This document shows, in pieces, positions 31,446 to 41,352 of a DNA stretch of 64,000 nt. Within the stretch, counting starts at the first letter, position 1; every line of letters begins with the position of its first letter. A model generated the notes under the pieces. It did not search any database. It was not told the DNA's origin and was given only the letters and a program-made list of their open reading frames with translations. A program made the translations under genes and the position numbers. Origin of the DNA: Candidatus Latescibacterota bacterium (lineage in GTDB: Bacteria > Latescibacterota > UBA2968 > GCA-2709665); contig OZ241917.1 in the NCBI GenBank assembly GCA_965203805.1, forward strand, positions 3,392,001-3,456,000, in the 5' to 3' direction.

Positions 31446-33833
31446 TTAAACACCAGCCCCCAATCGATAACCGACACGCGGCTGGTTGAATATGTACGTG
31501 GGCCTTCTCGCGTCGTCACCCAGCTTGCGGCGCAGGGTTTTTATCGCCGAGCGCAAGGGCCGCGTATCGCCGCCTTGCTTGCGCCAGACGGTTCGCAACA
31601 GATAGTCGAGCGTCAGAGTCGCGCCGGCGTTTGCTGAAAGTTCGACCAGCAGCCGGTACTCGGTGTCGGTCAATCTCAAGTCGCGTTTGCCAATGGCAAC
31701 CCGGCGGCGCGCGTAGTCAATGTACAAATCGTCCAGAACAAAGGGTTTCTTCTGCACATCCTGCCGGGTCAGTGTCGCCTTTCGCAGCGCCACCCGGATT
31801 CTGGATACCAGTTCGGTTGGAGAAAAGGGCTTGACCACGTAGTCCGCGGCGCCTGCTGCCAACGCCCGGTCAATGGCCTCTTCGTGGGCGAATGCGGAAA
31901 GAAAGACGACCGGTACGTCCGAGTTTTTGAGGAAATTCCGCATAATCTCGATACCGTCGGTTCCCGGCAGGACCAGATCGAGCAGGACCAGTTGGGGACG
32001 GTGTTGTTCCATAAGCGTGGGTACTTCATCCGGGTCGCCGGTCGTCACCGGCACGAAGCCGACCTTCGACAGGGCTTCCCGAACGTTGCGCAATGTCTGC
32101 GGGTCGTCGTCCACAACCAGGATGGATGTTCGAATGTGCCGCCCGGAGCGTCCATCACCGGCGTCCGATTCCGACCGGATCCGGGGACTATCTCCTGCGT
32201 TCTCCGCAATGGGCAGGGTAAACGTCACACTCGTTCCCCGACCCACGCCATCGCTTTCAACCCGTATCCGGCCTCCGTGCGCTTCGACGATGCCCTTGCA
32301 GATGGACAGGCCCCAGCCGGATCCCCCCTCCTTGCCGTGTCCCTCCTCCACGTCGTGCAGCGCCATTCTCCGGCAGAGGCGCGGCAGGCGTTCTGCAGAA
32401 ATTCCGCGCCCCCTGTCAACCACGCGGAACGCCACGTGCATCCCCTCGTGCGAGGCCGTAATCCGCAGCGGTGAGTTTTCCGGTGAATGCCGGTCCGCGT
32501 TCAAGAGCAGGTTTACCAGAACCTGAGCGATACGCCTCCGGTCCGCGTTCACCGGCGGAAGCTCGTGCGCCAGCTCGATCAGCACGTCGTTCTTGCCGCC
32601 GCCGCTTGCAAACGTCTCCCGCGCCCGGTCCACCAGTGCGGTAACCGGCATGGGTTCGGGATTGACCTGAAGGGTTCCCGTCCGGATGCGCGCAACGTCC
32701 ATCAGGTCGTTGACCAGGCCGCTCATCTGATCCGCGTGTTGGTTGATGATGCGGAAAAACTGGAGCATCTCGGACCGTTCCAGAGCAAGACTGTCACCCA
32801 AAACCGTCGCGGCGGAGCCCTTGATGGCGGCAAGAGGCGCCCTCAGCTCGTGGCTTACGATGCCTAGAAAATCGGATCGCTGCTGTTCCAATTCCTGCAG
32901 AAACGTCATGTCCTGTACCGTCACGACAAGAGATGCGACAGCGCCGTCCTCATCCGACATGATCGGGGTAATGTTGAGCAGGGCCGTGACCCGGTCGCCG
33001 TGGGGACCCTCGATGGTGATTTCTTCGGCGCGCACCAACTCGCCGCTGCCAAGCACCTTTGTCGCGGATAACTGTGCCGAAGACAGCTCACGCCCGTCGG
33101 CGCGGCGAACCCTGACCGCTTTCAGGAAATCTCCAAGGGTACGACTCTCCAACTTCAGGACCTGCATGAGCCGCGCCGACTCGCGGTTGGACGAGATCAA
33201 GTCTCCGGTCCTGGCGTTGAAGACCGTGACACTCACGGGAGAGGTCCTGATCAGCGCTTCGAGATCCGCTCTGGCCCGCTGTTCGTCGCGGTATCGCCGC
33301 ACGTTGGTTATGGCCAACGCCGAAAATGAGGCGAACATCACCAGCGTCTCTTCGTCTTCCGGTGTGAACGCCCTGCCTCCTTCCTTCTCCGCCAGAAAGA
33401 AAGTCCCGACCCGCTCGCCGCGGTGGCGGATCGGCACGGTCAGAAACGTCAGCGAAGAACTCACCGGCATTGGCGGTCGGAACCCGGACAGACCCAAACA
33501 ACGAACATGCCTGTTCAAATCCTGCAACCGCAGCGGTTCCTCGGTCAAACCGAGGTGTTTAAAGAGTTCTTCGTTATCCGGCTCCGTCCGTATCTGTTGC
33601 GCTTGACCGGGAGACAGCCCGGAAATCAGGCAGTTCTGCGTCCGCTCCCCGTCTTCCACCAGTGTCATCATCCCGTATCGGGCTTCCGTCAATGACCGGG
33701 CGCTGTCCAGGACGCTTTGCAAGACCGCCGTGAAATCCGGGTTTTCGTTGATTTGCAAAAACGCCTTGCCCATGCGGGTCAGGCGTTGTCGCAGTTGTTC
33801 GACCTCTCGTTCATCGTCCCTTGCTGAACGCAT
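31446..33833 (-). CDS. Cytoplasmic hybrid sensor kinase/response regulator GAF-PAS-HisKA-HATPase-REC-OmpR wHTH (intact receiver Asp)
   Basis: SHELRAPL, DRGRGI, VVDDD, LVLLDLVLP, KPFSP, RVGYRL; GGAGGA RBS before ATG at 33833; paralogue of 17152-19542. Confidence 0.85.
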   Translation of the reverse strand: MRSARDDEREVEQLRQRLTRMGKAFLQINENPDFTAVLQSVLDSARSLTEARYGMMTLVEDGERTQNCLISGLSPGQAQQIRTEPDNEELFKHLGLTEEPLRLQDLNRHVRCLGLSGFRPPMPVSSSLTFLTVPIRHRGERVGTFFLAEKEGGRAFTPEDEETLVMFASFSALAITNVRRYRDEQRARADLEALIRTSPVSVTVFNARTGDLISSNRESARLMQVLKLESRTLGDFLKAVRVRRADGRELSSAQLSATKVLGSGELVRAEEITIEGPHGDRVTALLNITPIMSDEDGAVASLVVTVQDMTFLQELEQQRSDFLGIVSHELRAPLAAIKGSAATVLGDSLALERSEMLQFFRIINQHADQMSGLVNDLMDVARIRTGTLQVNPEPMPVTALVDRARETFASGGGKNDVLIELAHELPPVNADRRRIAQVLVNLLLNADRHSPENSPLRITASHEGMHVAFRVVDRGRGISAERLPRLCRRMALHDVEEGHGKEGGSGWGLSICKGIVEAHGGRIRVESDGVGRGTSVTFTLPIAENAGDSPRIRSESDAGDGRSGRHIRTSILVVDDDPQTLRNVREALSKVGFVPVTTGDPDEVPTLMEQHRPQLVLLDLVLPGTDGIEIMRNFLKNSDVPVVFLSAFAHEEAIDRALAAGAADYVVKPFSPTELVSRIRVALRKATLTRQDVQKKPFVLDDLYIDYARRRVAIGKRDLRLTDTEYRLLVELSANAGATLTLDYLLRTVWRKQGGDTRPLRSAIKTLRRKLGDDARRPTYIFNQPRVGYRLGAGV

Positions 33834-34251
33834 CCAATTCCTCCCGCCACGGCGGCGCGCCTCCCGTCCGGCCAAGTCTTCAGCAGACGGTTAAGGCGAT
33901 CTCCCGCGTCTACCCCTCTGATCCACAGACATCCCCACCCGGTGAAATTCCACTTATAAAGCACTGATACAGGTCGAAATACCACAGCAGCGTCACGCAT
34001 AGGCATGTTATATTGGTAATAAAAGACAAAGCGTGGCGTTGCGGTCGCGACAGGTCTGTTCATGCGTGATGGAACTGCGGAGGCAATATAACAATTTCTT
34101 ATTCTACATGTCAATTCGACCTGCACGCAGCGATCGGCTCTCTCACTTTTCGATAAAAAAACGGAAGATGGACGTCCGCGAATTCGCGCCAACACCCTGT
34201 GCCGGCTGGTTCGGAACGCCCGATCCTGAACTGCGAGAAGGGTCTTGATAG

Positions 34252-34496
34252 CCTGAATAATTCACTAAACATGAACTTACATGGATGGACAGGATGAACA
34301 GGATAAAGACCAGGAGCAGGACAAATACTCACGATTCCGGGCCAAACCGATGGATCCGTACCTCCGTGGGCAACGAAACATCACCCTGACCAATCACTAT
34401 CGTAATTCATGAAATGCTGACGCGTAATATTTCGCAGAATCTATTGAAAAACAATCCTTTATACATCAAAACCAGGGTTTTCGTGAATAATACACC
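34252..34496. mobile_element. 245-bp MITE-like element flanked by ATAG, copy 1
   Basis: ATAG|CCTGAATAATTCAC...GTGAATAATACACC|ATAG; second copy at 40519-40791 with different outer flanks. Confidence 0.65.
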
Positions 34497-34511
34497 ATAG
34501 GAGGTAACGCC

Positions 34512-35123
34512 ATGAAGTACCGAAATGGTCTCATGTTGTTGGGAGCAGTCGTCGTTTTCCTGCTGGGCCGTGCGGTAGCTGAGGAGGAAATGCTTTCCGT
34601 CCGCAATATCCAAATCGTCAATGGGGCTGGCGAGCCGGTCGTTGTTCTGGGTGTTGACGATCAGGGCCGCGGACAGATCTTCATTAACTCCGAGAATTCG
34701 GGACAAACCGTAATCGGTTTTCATGAAGGTCCGGTTATTCAACAAGATACGGCGGACGGTCTCTCGACACATCTGACAGGCGGCGGCGGCTTCGCACACC
34801 TGAATGAGGAATCAATCGACGTTGTCACCCTGGGCTTGAATGACGAGGGGACGGCGAGTCTGCGCCTGGGCGGTCACAACGGCGGGGTGAGTATCAACTC
34901 AAGAGAAGTCGCAGTGAACACCTTTGGTGAAATGGGAGATTTGCAGAACCTGGCGGTCGCGGGAACAAATGCGCAGGGTGACGGGATCTTCAAGAGTTAT
35001 ACATCCGACGGCGCGCCCGCGTGGGCAAGCGACGGATTGGTGGGGGACCTCAACGCGGACGGCGAGGTGGATTTTTCTGACTTTACCATTTTCGCGAGGC
35101 AGTTCGGGAAGTCGAGGCAATAA
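34512..35123 (+). CDS. Secreted protein with C-terminal single dockerin-like EF-hand
   Basis: AGGAGG RBS; signal peptide; GDLNADGEVDFSDFTIFARQFG. Confidence 0.7.
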   Translation: MKYRNGLMLLGAVVVFLLGRAVAEEEMLSVRNIQIVNGAGEPVVVLGVDDQGRGQIFINSENSGQTVIGFHEGPVIQQDTADGLSTHLTGGGGFAHLNEESIDVVTLGLNDEGTASLRLGGHNGGVSINSREVAVNTFGEMGDLQNLAVAGTNAQGDGIFKSYTSDGAPAWASDGLVGDLNADGEVDFSDFTIFARQFGKSRQ

Positions 35124-35441
35124 GCGCGTGCTCATCGATCGCAAGAAAGCCTGCAGCCTGTCTGCAACCTGATCGGCGGGGCCGGCAGGGGCTATGGATT
35201 GGAATCGGACAAGCGGGGGTATGCGGATGACGCGGACTCACTATCTGTTTCGCATGACAAACAAAGGGGGCTGAATGAAGGGACTCGATTGATTGCGTTA
35301 CCTGGCAATGGCTGAACCGGTTGCCGCCGTCGTGCTTCTTGCCCGCCGGTTGTCGCGCAAGAACATAGGGTGAATCCGAAAAGCCCAGGATGACTGATTC
35401 AGGTCACTTTAGTGACGATATCTTTCAAGGGGGGAACTGCA

Positions 35442-37214
35442 ATGATCAAATTTGGTAAACTGTTCACTTCGGCATCCATGATTCCGGTTGTCTTCCTCTT
35501 CGTGCTGAGCGGCATTTTTTGCGGTACGCGCCACGCCGCGGCGCAGTCCCAGGAAGTTTGTATTCTCCCTGCCGGAGTGACGCCTCCCGCCGATCCGGAC
35601 GTAACGGCGCAACAGGTGGAAGACGGCAGCGCTACACTCAGGGAATTTGCGCTGTCCGCAAGAAACAATTATTGGGTACTGCATGGGGAATTTGATGAGT
35701 CACCCTACCTTACGCTGCACCTCCAATGTCTTACCAGGCAGGAAGGCAGCGCCTACCGTTCCGGTTCCACTTATCTTGTGTACATAGGGCCTGACGGCAG
35801 AGTCTTTCAACACGGGAAAGACATGGCATTGTCAGGCAGGCTGATCAAACCCGCAATTCATTTCGCAATCCTTCGGGCGTTGGGAATCAACCCTTCCGAC
35901 CTGGCCGATCACGCTTCCGCAGCCGCCGCTTTCGCGTCCATCGCAGACGGGGACGGCGGACCGTTTAACGTTCCGGATATTCCCGGCGCTTCCGGTTATG
36001 CCGTTCCGTTTTCAGCTTCGAATTTCTGGTTGGTCGGGTTCGACCTCGATGAAACTCACCTGATTCCCATTGCCGATGAAAACGTTGACTACGGCAACCC
36101 GTCCGTCACTGCCAGTGACGTCGTAGACCGCGAAAGCCTGAAGGCATTCGTTACAGCAGCGCAGGATCACATTCTCTCGTTGACCGACTTGAGCGCCCTC
36201 TCAAAAGTCAGGATTGCCTTCCGGGATGAGAACGGACCCTGGCGGCACGGTTCCGTGTATCTGTACGTCCTTGATACCGCTAGAAACGTCATCATGTTTC
36301 ACGCGGTTTTCCCGAACAGATTCGAGCTGAAGCCTCTGATACCGACGGTACGAGACGCGGTTACCGGAGAGCTCGTTCTGCCGCAGGTTATCGAAGCGGC
36401 GAAGAGCAGCCCGGAAGGCGGGTTTTTGGAATATTACTGGGATGATCCAACGGACGATACAGATCGCGCCGACGTCCCCAAAGTGGGTTATGCCCGCGAA
36501 TTCAGCGTTGCGGGATTACACCTCATCATTGGATCGGGTTTCTATGGGCGCGCCGCCGACGTCGGCCCGGGTCCCAGCACGGTCGTTGAGGCCACGGTCG
36601 TGGGAGACGCCGTCGAGGGGCTGACCGTCGAATTTTCCCGCGCTGTATCGGGCCGCCCGTCCAACTGGGCATGGAACACCGTGACCGATGCCGCCGGGCT
36701 GTTTTCCCTCTCCATTTCCGATATGGGCGGCGTAAGCGGCTACTATCGGGCCCGGGCTACCAACGCCGAAGGCGAAGTTGTGGGCAGTTGGAGCAGCATT
36801 GCGCTCAATCGCAATCATCGCCAGGTCCTGGAACTGACATTGGGCGGCGGCGCAAGGGTTGTGCGCGTCCAACCGTTGGCCGCATCCAGTCCCGAGGCCG
36901 CGGCCAAGCCCGCGTTCGCGGCGGAGACCTTGCCGGAAGCCAGCGGTCTGTTGCCGAATTCGCCCAATCCCTTCAACAGCGCCACACTGATCACGTACCA
37001 ACTGTCCAGCGCGGGTCCTGTGAAGCTGGTAATCTACAATGTACTGGGCCAGCCTGTGCGGACGCTGGTAAACGAGTCTCAGGCCAAGGGCTTATATCAA
37101 ATTCGTTGGGATGCGCGTAACCAGGCGGGCGTTTCGCTGTCGACGGGGGTGTACGTTGCCCGGCTGAGTTATCCGGGCGGCGTGGCGACGCAGCGGTTGC
37201 TCTACCTCAAGTGA
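35442..37214 (+). CDS. Secreted Cache-domain protein with C-terminal FlgD-Ig/T9SS-like sorting domain
   Basis: Signal peptide; two Cache-like repeats (GSVYLYVLD...HA; GGFLEYYWDDP...KVGYAR); NSPNPFNSATLITY...IYNVLGQPVRTLV...WDARN...GVY. Confidence 0.75.
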   Translation: MIKFGKLFTSASMIPVVFLFVLSGIFCGTRHAAAQSQEVCILPAGVTPPADPDVTAQQVEDGSATLREFALSARNNYWVLHGEFDESPYLTLHLQCLTRQEGSAYRSGSTYLVYIGPDGRVFQHGKDMALSGRLIKPAIHFAILRALGINPSDLADHASAAAAFASIADGDGGPFNVPDIPGASGYAVPFSASNFWLVGFDLDETHLIPIADENVDYGNPSVTASDVVDRESLKAFVTAAQDHILSLTDLSALSKVRIAFRDENGPWRHGSVYLYVLDTARNVIMFHAVFPNRFELKPLIPTVRDAVTGELVLPQVIEAAKSSPEGGFLEYYWDDPTDDTDRADVPKVGYAREFSVAGLHLIIGSGFYGRAADVGPGPSTVVEATVVGDAVEGLTVEFSRAVSGRPSNWAWNTVTDAAGLFSLSISDMGGVSGYYRARATNAEGEVVGSWSSIALNRNHRQVLELTLGGGARVVRVQPLAASSPEAAAKPAFAAETLPEASGLLPNSPNPFNSATLITYQLSSAGPVKLVIYNVLGQPVRTLVNESQAKGLYQIRWDARNQAGVSLSTGVYVARLSYPGGVATQRLLYLK

Positions 37215-37330
37215 TGGCTCAGAACCGGAAACCAGGGAATGAGTAATCGATATTTTCCGCAATCTCTCCGGGTCGTGATGTATTACGGAATGAATCGGCG
37301 GACCCGCGAATTCTCCGGTCCTGCCGGAGC

Positions 37331-40300
37331 CTATTTTCTTCTCCCGTCCAATCCGTCCATCCTGATTGTGGCGACACCGCGGGTCGCTTCGTGGAAATTG
37401 TAGGTGCGCCCGTCGCCGTCCTCCGCCTCCATGGAGAACCAGGACACATCGGCGCTTACCGCATCCAACTGCTCACGAGTGGCGGGATGGTCCCGATCGA
37501 TGAGAAAGATTGCCGCGGCGCGGAAATCCTTCTGCGATTCGGTGAGACGGGGGTTCCGCACCCCGTACTCCCGCACGACGTCTTCGATCGTATAGGTCCT
37601 GATTCCCGTTGCGGTAAACACGGGTAACCCGTTTTCCAGAACCGGCCGCCCGTCCTGCCGCAGCCAGGAGGCGCCCTCTGCAACCAGCAGGTCCGGGACC
37701 CGGTCTGCTGCCAGGAAGCCTGCCAGGTATAATTCGATGGGACTGTAGGTCACGGTGTTATCCGCATATCCGGCCGTCACAACGTGGCCGGCCGTATAAC
37801 GGCCGTTGCCGAGTTCTACCAGGTCCTCGGCCGCGAATCCTCCCAGTTGTCCGTTTGCGCTGCTGAACCCCCAGTGTCCGCCGAACCCGGTGACGACGAC
37901 GTAGGCCGCCCATTGATGCATCAACTCGTGCAGCATCGGCCCATTTCTGATCCCGTCCCGCTCCTTCAGAAACAGAACACCTTTCAACATGCCGTTCGAA
38001 CCGAAGGTCCGTTCTTCATCCGAATGAAGCTGCAGGCCGATGCCGCGCACATGATTGCTGATCGGATAATTAGCCCCCAAAAAGGGATATTGCCCTTCGC
38101 CGGCGTGCAGATTGACAATGATAAACAGGAAGTCGAATTCGTCTCTGAAGCCTCCGTAAAAATCGTTTACGACTTCTCTCAGCCTGTCGCCGGTGAAGGA
38201 AGCAAAGGTCCTGAGATCGACCCCGGGCACGGGAACGACAAACACATTGTCGTTGTAAACCTGCGGTTCGGAATTGACCGTAATCAGGACTTCGTCGTAC
38301 AGGATGCGCACGCTTCTCGCCTGCAATGCCGGGATGTGTTCACGTATCGAGGTCTCGTTGAGCGGATTGCCCTTGAGATCGATCCTATCGCCCGCGCCCG
38401 TCAAGCCCGCGTTGGCAACCAGGGGCGAGATATCCGCTATTTCGTTTTGCCGGAGATTGACAATATCCAGTCGCGTCAGCCCCGCCAGTGGCGACAGACC
38501 CGTGATGAAGTTTGACGCCACGTCGAGTTCCCGCAGGTTTGCCAGCGATGCCAGCGGGGATATGTCGGACAGGCCGCTGCCGATGAAAAAGAGGCTCTCG
38601 AGATGGACCAATCCCGATAGGTGCGTGACAGCCGACGCGTGGTCCGCAAATCCCAGGTATAGCCTCTTAAGATTCGTCAGAGAGGCAAGCGCCGAGAAAT
38701 CCGTAACGGGGGTACTCTGCAGGTGCAGGTCCTCCAGAGCGGTAAGCCCGGTCAGCGCGGAAATTCCGCCGGAAGCGTCGCTGATCGGATTACCGTTGAT
38801 CCACAATATTCTGAGTCCGGTCAGGCCGGACAACGGAGAGATATCGCTGATGCGGTTGTAACCGAGATACAGGTGCTTCAGGTTGACCGCGTGTTGCAAG
38901 CCTTCCAGGTTCGCTATATTCGGATCGCCAGACCCAGTGGCCAGGCCTGTCAGCGAAGCCATTTCCTCGGCGTAAATTGGGGACTGTGAGCCCTTTTTCC
39001 CGAGAGCGGCCGCCAGAACGGAACGCAGGCCGCTGTCGGGGACGGCGATTTCACCCGTTGCCAGCGGGGTTCCTTCGGCCGGCGGCGACCAATCGCCGGC
39101 CCCCTCATCGCTGAGCGCGCGTACGCGCACGTAATAGGCCTTTTCGTTTGTCAGGCCCGTGAGAACGACGCTGGTATCCGCGGAATCCTCAGTGATCGGT
39201 CCCGGCGTCCAGTTCGCGTTGTCACTTCGGCGATACGAGACCTCGTATCCGATCACCGGGGGCTTGCCCGCTTCCCCGGGCGCCGCTTCCCATAAGATCG
39301 TCAGTGAACGGTAACCGGGTTTTGCGACAACTATTGCGCGCGGCGCCGAGGGGGGCTCGTCAACGTCAGTGACGGCTATGCCCACGCCAATGGAAGCGCG
39401 TCCCCCGCGTCCGTCGCTGGCGCGGACGTTTACCGAGAATCTCTCGCGCGCTTCATGGTCGTAGAAGATTCCCTCCTTCGTCCTGATCTGCCCCGTGGCT
39501 GCATCGATCGCGAAGTGCTCCGCGTCCGCGCCCCAGAGACTGTACGTCAACGTATCGCCGTCGGGGTCCCGGGCTGAGACCGGACCGCTGACCGGCCTTC
39601 CCGCGGGGGTGTTCTCGGGAACGGAACGGGTTACGGGCGGCGCCAGCGCGAAATTCGGCGCGCGATTGACCTCTTTGCCAAAGCTCCCGGCAAAGATCAC
39701 GAAATCTCCGAAGCCGACGTGGCCGTCTCCGTTCAGGTCGTATTTCGCCTCATATTTTCCGCTTCCCATCTCACGTCCGAACGCGCCGGCAAACAGGATG
39801 AAGTCGGCAAAACCCACGAGGCCGCTTCCGTCGAAATCCGCGGAAGGCGGCGCTGCACGGTGCAGGGCGACGCTGAGTGCGGGGACCAGAACCTCAATGC
39901 GATCCCTCCGGAGCAACTCTGTCCGGAACAGCCGGATCTCCGCTTCGGAAAACGCCTGGGTCACCCGAAAGCGCACGGTACCGATCAGGCCCGCGTTCAT
40001 CATTGCCGCTCGTCCAGGGGAGGAGAGCAGCCCGACCCAGACCCTTGCGGAATCCCATTCCGAAATCACAACTGCGCCGGGAAGGGCGGCGCCGCCTGCA
40101 TCGAAGCCTTCGTAGACCACCTGGATCGGGTCGTATTCGAAGTGCGCCTTAAAAAGGCTCGCGTCTTGTATCCCGGTACCGAAAACCTGAACGGCCACGA
40201 GCCGGCCGGCAGACACGTCGAGTGAAGAAACGGCCTGATTGCCATCGGCATCGTCCAGGTCCAGCGAGACGGTGTACGTGTCGGCAAAGGAGGATGCCGA

Positions 40301-40471
40301 CAACGGGTAGAGCAGCAGTACGAGGACCAGCAGACAAAAGGCGGCGGACGCACGGCCCGCGCATCGGGAACGGTGTTTGACACGCCCCGGTCGTCGGGTG
40401 TGTCGAAAACCGAAGGGATTGAATCGGCCGCAAGGGCGTGCGTTTACAACGTCAGGGAGTCTGTTTTCCAC
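37331..40471 (-). CDS. Large secreted multidomain protein: cohesin-like, dockerin, cadherin, Fn3, internalin-type LRR, zincin-like HExxH domain
   Basis: FEYDP...GLIGTVRFRV; two DxxGxGxVGFxDF motifs; VPENTPAG...DPDGD...YDHEAR; Fn3 LTGLTNEKAYYVRVRA; LxxLxLxxNxIxDIS repeats; HELMHQW; start uncertain. Confidence 0.75.
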   Translation of the reverse strand: MENRLPDVVNARPCGRFNPFGFRHTRRPGRVKHRSRCAGRASAAFCLLVLVLLLYPLSASSFADTYTVSLDLDDADGNQAVSSLDVSAGRLVAVQVFGTGIQDASLFKAHFEYDPIQVVYEGFDAGGAALPGAVVISEWDSARVWVGLLSSPGRAAMMNAGLIGTVRFRVTQAFSEAEIRLFRTELLRRDRIEVLVPALSVALHRAAPPSADFDGSGLVGFADFILFAGAFGREMGSGKYEAKYDLNGDGHVGFGDFVIFAGSFGKEVNRAPNFALAPPVTRSVPENTPAGRPVSGPVSARDPDGDTLTYSLWGADAEHFAIDAATGQIRTKEGIFYDHEARERFSVNVRASDGRGGRASIGVGIAVTDVDEPPSAPRAIVVAKPGYRSLTILWEAAPGEAGKPPVIGYEVSYRRSDNANWTPGPITEDSADTSVVLTGLTNEKAYYVRVRALSDEGAGDWSPPAEGTPLATGEIAVPDSGLRSVLAAALGKKGSQSPIYAEEMASLTGLATGSGDPNIANLEGLQHAVNLKHLYLGYNRISDISPLSGLTGLRILWINGNPISDASGGISALTGLTALEDLHLQSTPVTDFSALASLTNLKRLYLGFADHASAVTHLSGLVHLESLFFIGSGLSDISPLASLANLRELDVASNFITGLSPLAGLTRLDIVNLRQNEIADISPLVANAGLTGAGDRIDLKGNPLNETSIREHIPALQARSVRILYDEVLITVNSEPQVYNDNVFVVPVPGVDLRTFASFTGDRLREVVNDFYGGFRDEFDFLFIIVNLHAGEGQYPFLGANYPISNHVRGIGLQLHSDEERTFGSNGMLKGVLFLKERDGIRNGPMLHELMHQWAAYVVVTGFGGHWGFSSANGQLGGFAAEDLVELGNGRYTAGHVVTAGYADNTVTYSPIELYLAGFLAADRVPDLLVAEGASWLRQDGRPVLENGLPVFTATGIRTYTIEDVVREYGVRNPRLTESQKDFRAAAIFLIDRDHPATREQLDAVSADVSWFSMEAEDGDGRTYNFHEATRGVATIRMDGLDGRRK

Positions 40472-40518
40472 CGGGTTCTGAGGCCTTTGCTATCGGATTT
40501 CGCTTGCCGGGAACATAG

Positions 40519-40791
40519 CCTGAATAATTCACCTAAACATGAACTAACATGGATGGACCTGCCTGCTGAAGCAGGCGAGGCAGGCAGGATGAACAGGATA
40601 AAGACCAAGAGCAGGACAAATGTTCACGATTCCGGGCCAAACCGATGGATCCTTGCCTCGGTGGGCTACAAAACATCTCCCTGACCAATCAATTTCATAA
40701 TTCATGAAATGCTGACGCGTGATATTTCGCAGAATCTATTGAAAAACAACCCGTTATACATCAAAACCAGGGTTTTCGTGAATAATCCACC
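40519..40791. mobile_element. MITE-like element, copy 2, carrying a 27-nt palindromic insertion at 40559-40585
   Basis: Colinear with 34252-34496, flanked by ATAG. Confidence 0.65.
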
Positions 40792-41352
40792 ATAGAAGCT
40801 ACTTAGAAAATAACATTGGAAACTACGAAACACGCGAAAAAAACGAAAAAACCGTGGCTGATATTAATTGCCACAAGACGCGCAAAACCACAATGTTGCA
40901 GGTCAGCCTGGCAATGCAACGGTTTTCATCATTATGGGTGCCCCAAAGGGGCATGACAACTGTTTTAAAACTCCCAGCGGTCTTCGCGCCTGCCTGCTGC
41001 CGCAGGCAAGGCAGGCGGCTGCAGCCGTCTTCTGTTGAGAATTTCACGTAAAGACCATCCACTGTCAAGATGCCTGGCCCGTTGCGCACGACGCGGGCGG
41101 GCGGGAGAGGTTGTGGCGCCATCCGGACCACGAGGTTGTGCGCCGCACACGCCTCCGCCTGTAATGACCGGATGGACCGCAGGACGACGACCGGGTTCGC
41201 ACGGAGGAGCACCGGTCCAGGGTCGCCCGTTGCGGTCTTTCAACACGCTTTTGACGGTCCATCCGGCGTTTCGGGAGGTCGAGTCTCGACGGTATGATCT
41301 CATTGCCATCGAATAGCTTGCGGCATATCTTGCCCGAGCGAGAAAGACAAAA

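Noticed and set aside
41020-41034. 15-nt match on the minus strand to part of the Tn402/Tn5053 terminal repeat as I recall it (CAGAAGACGGCTGCA)
   Set aside because: The terminal TGTCGTTTT is absent and there is no partner end or tni gene; probably chance
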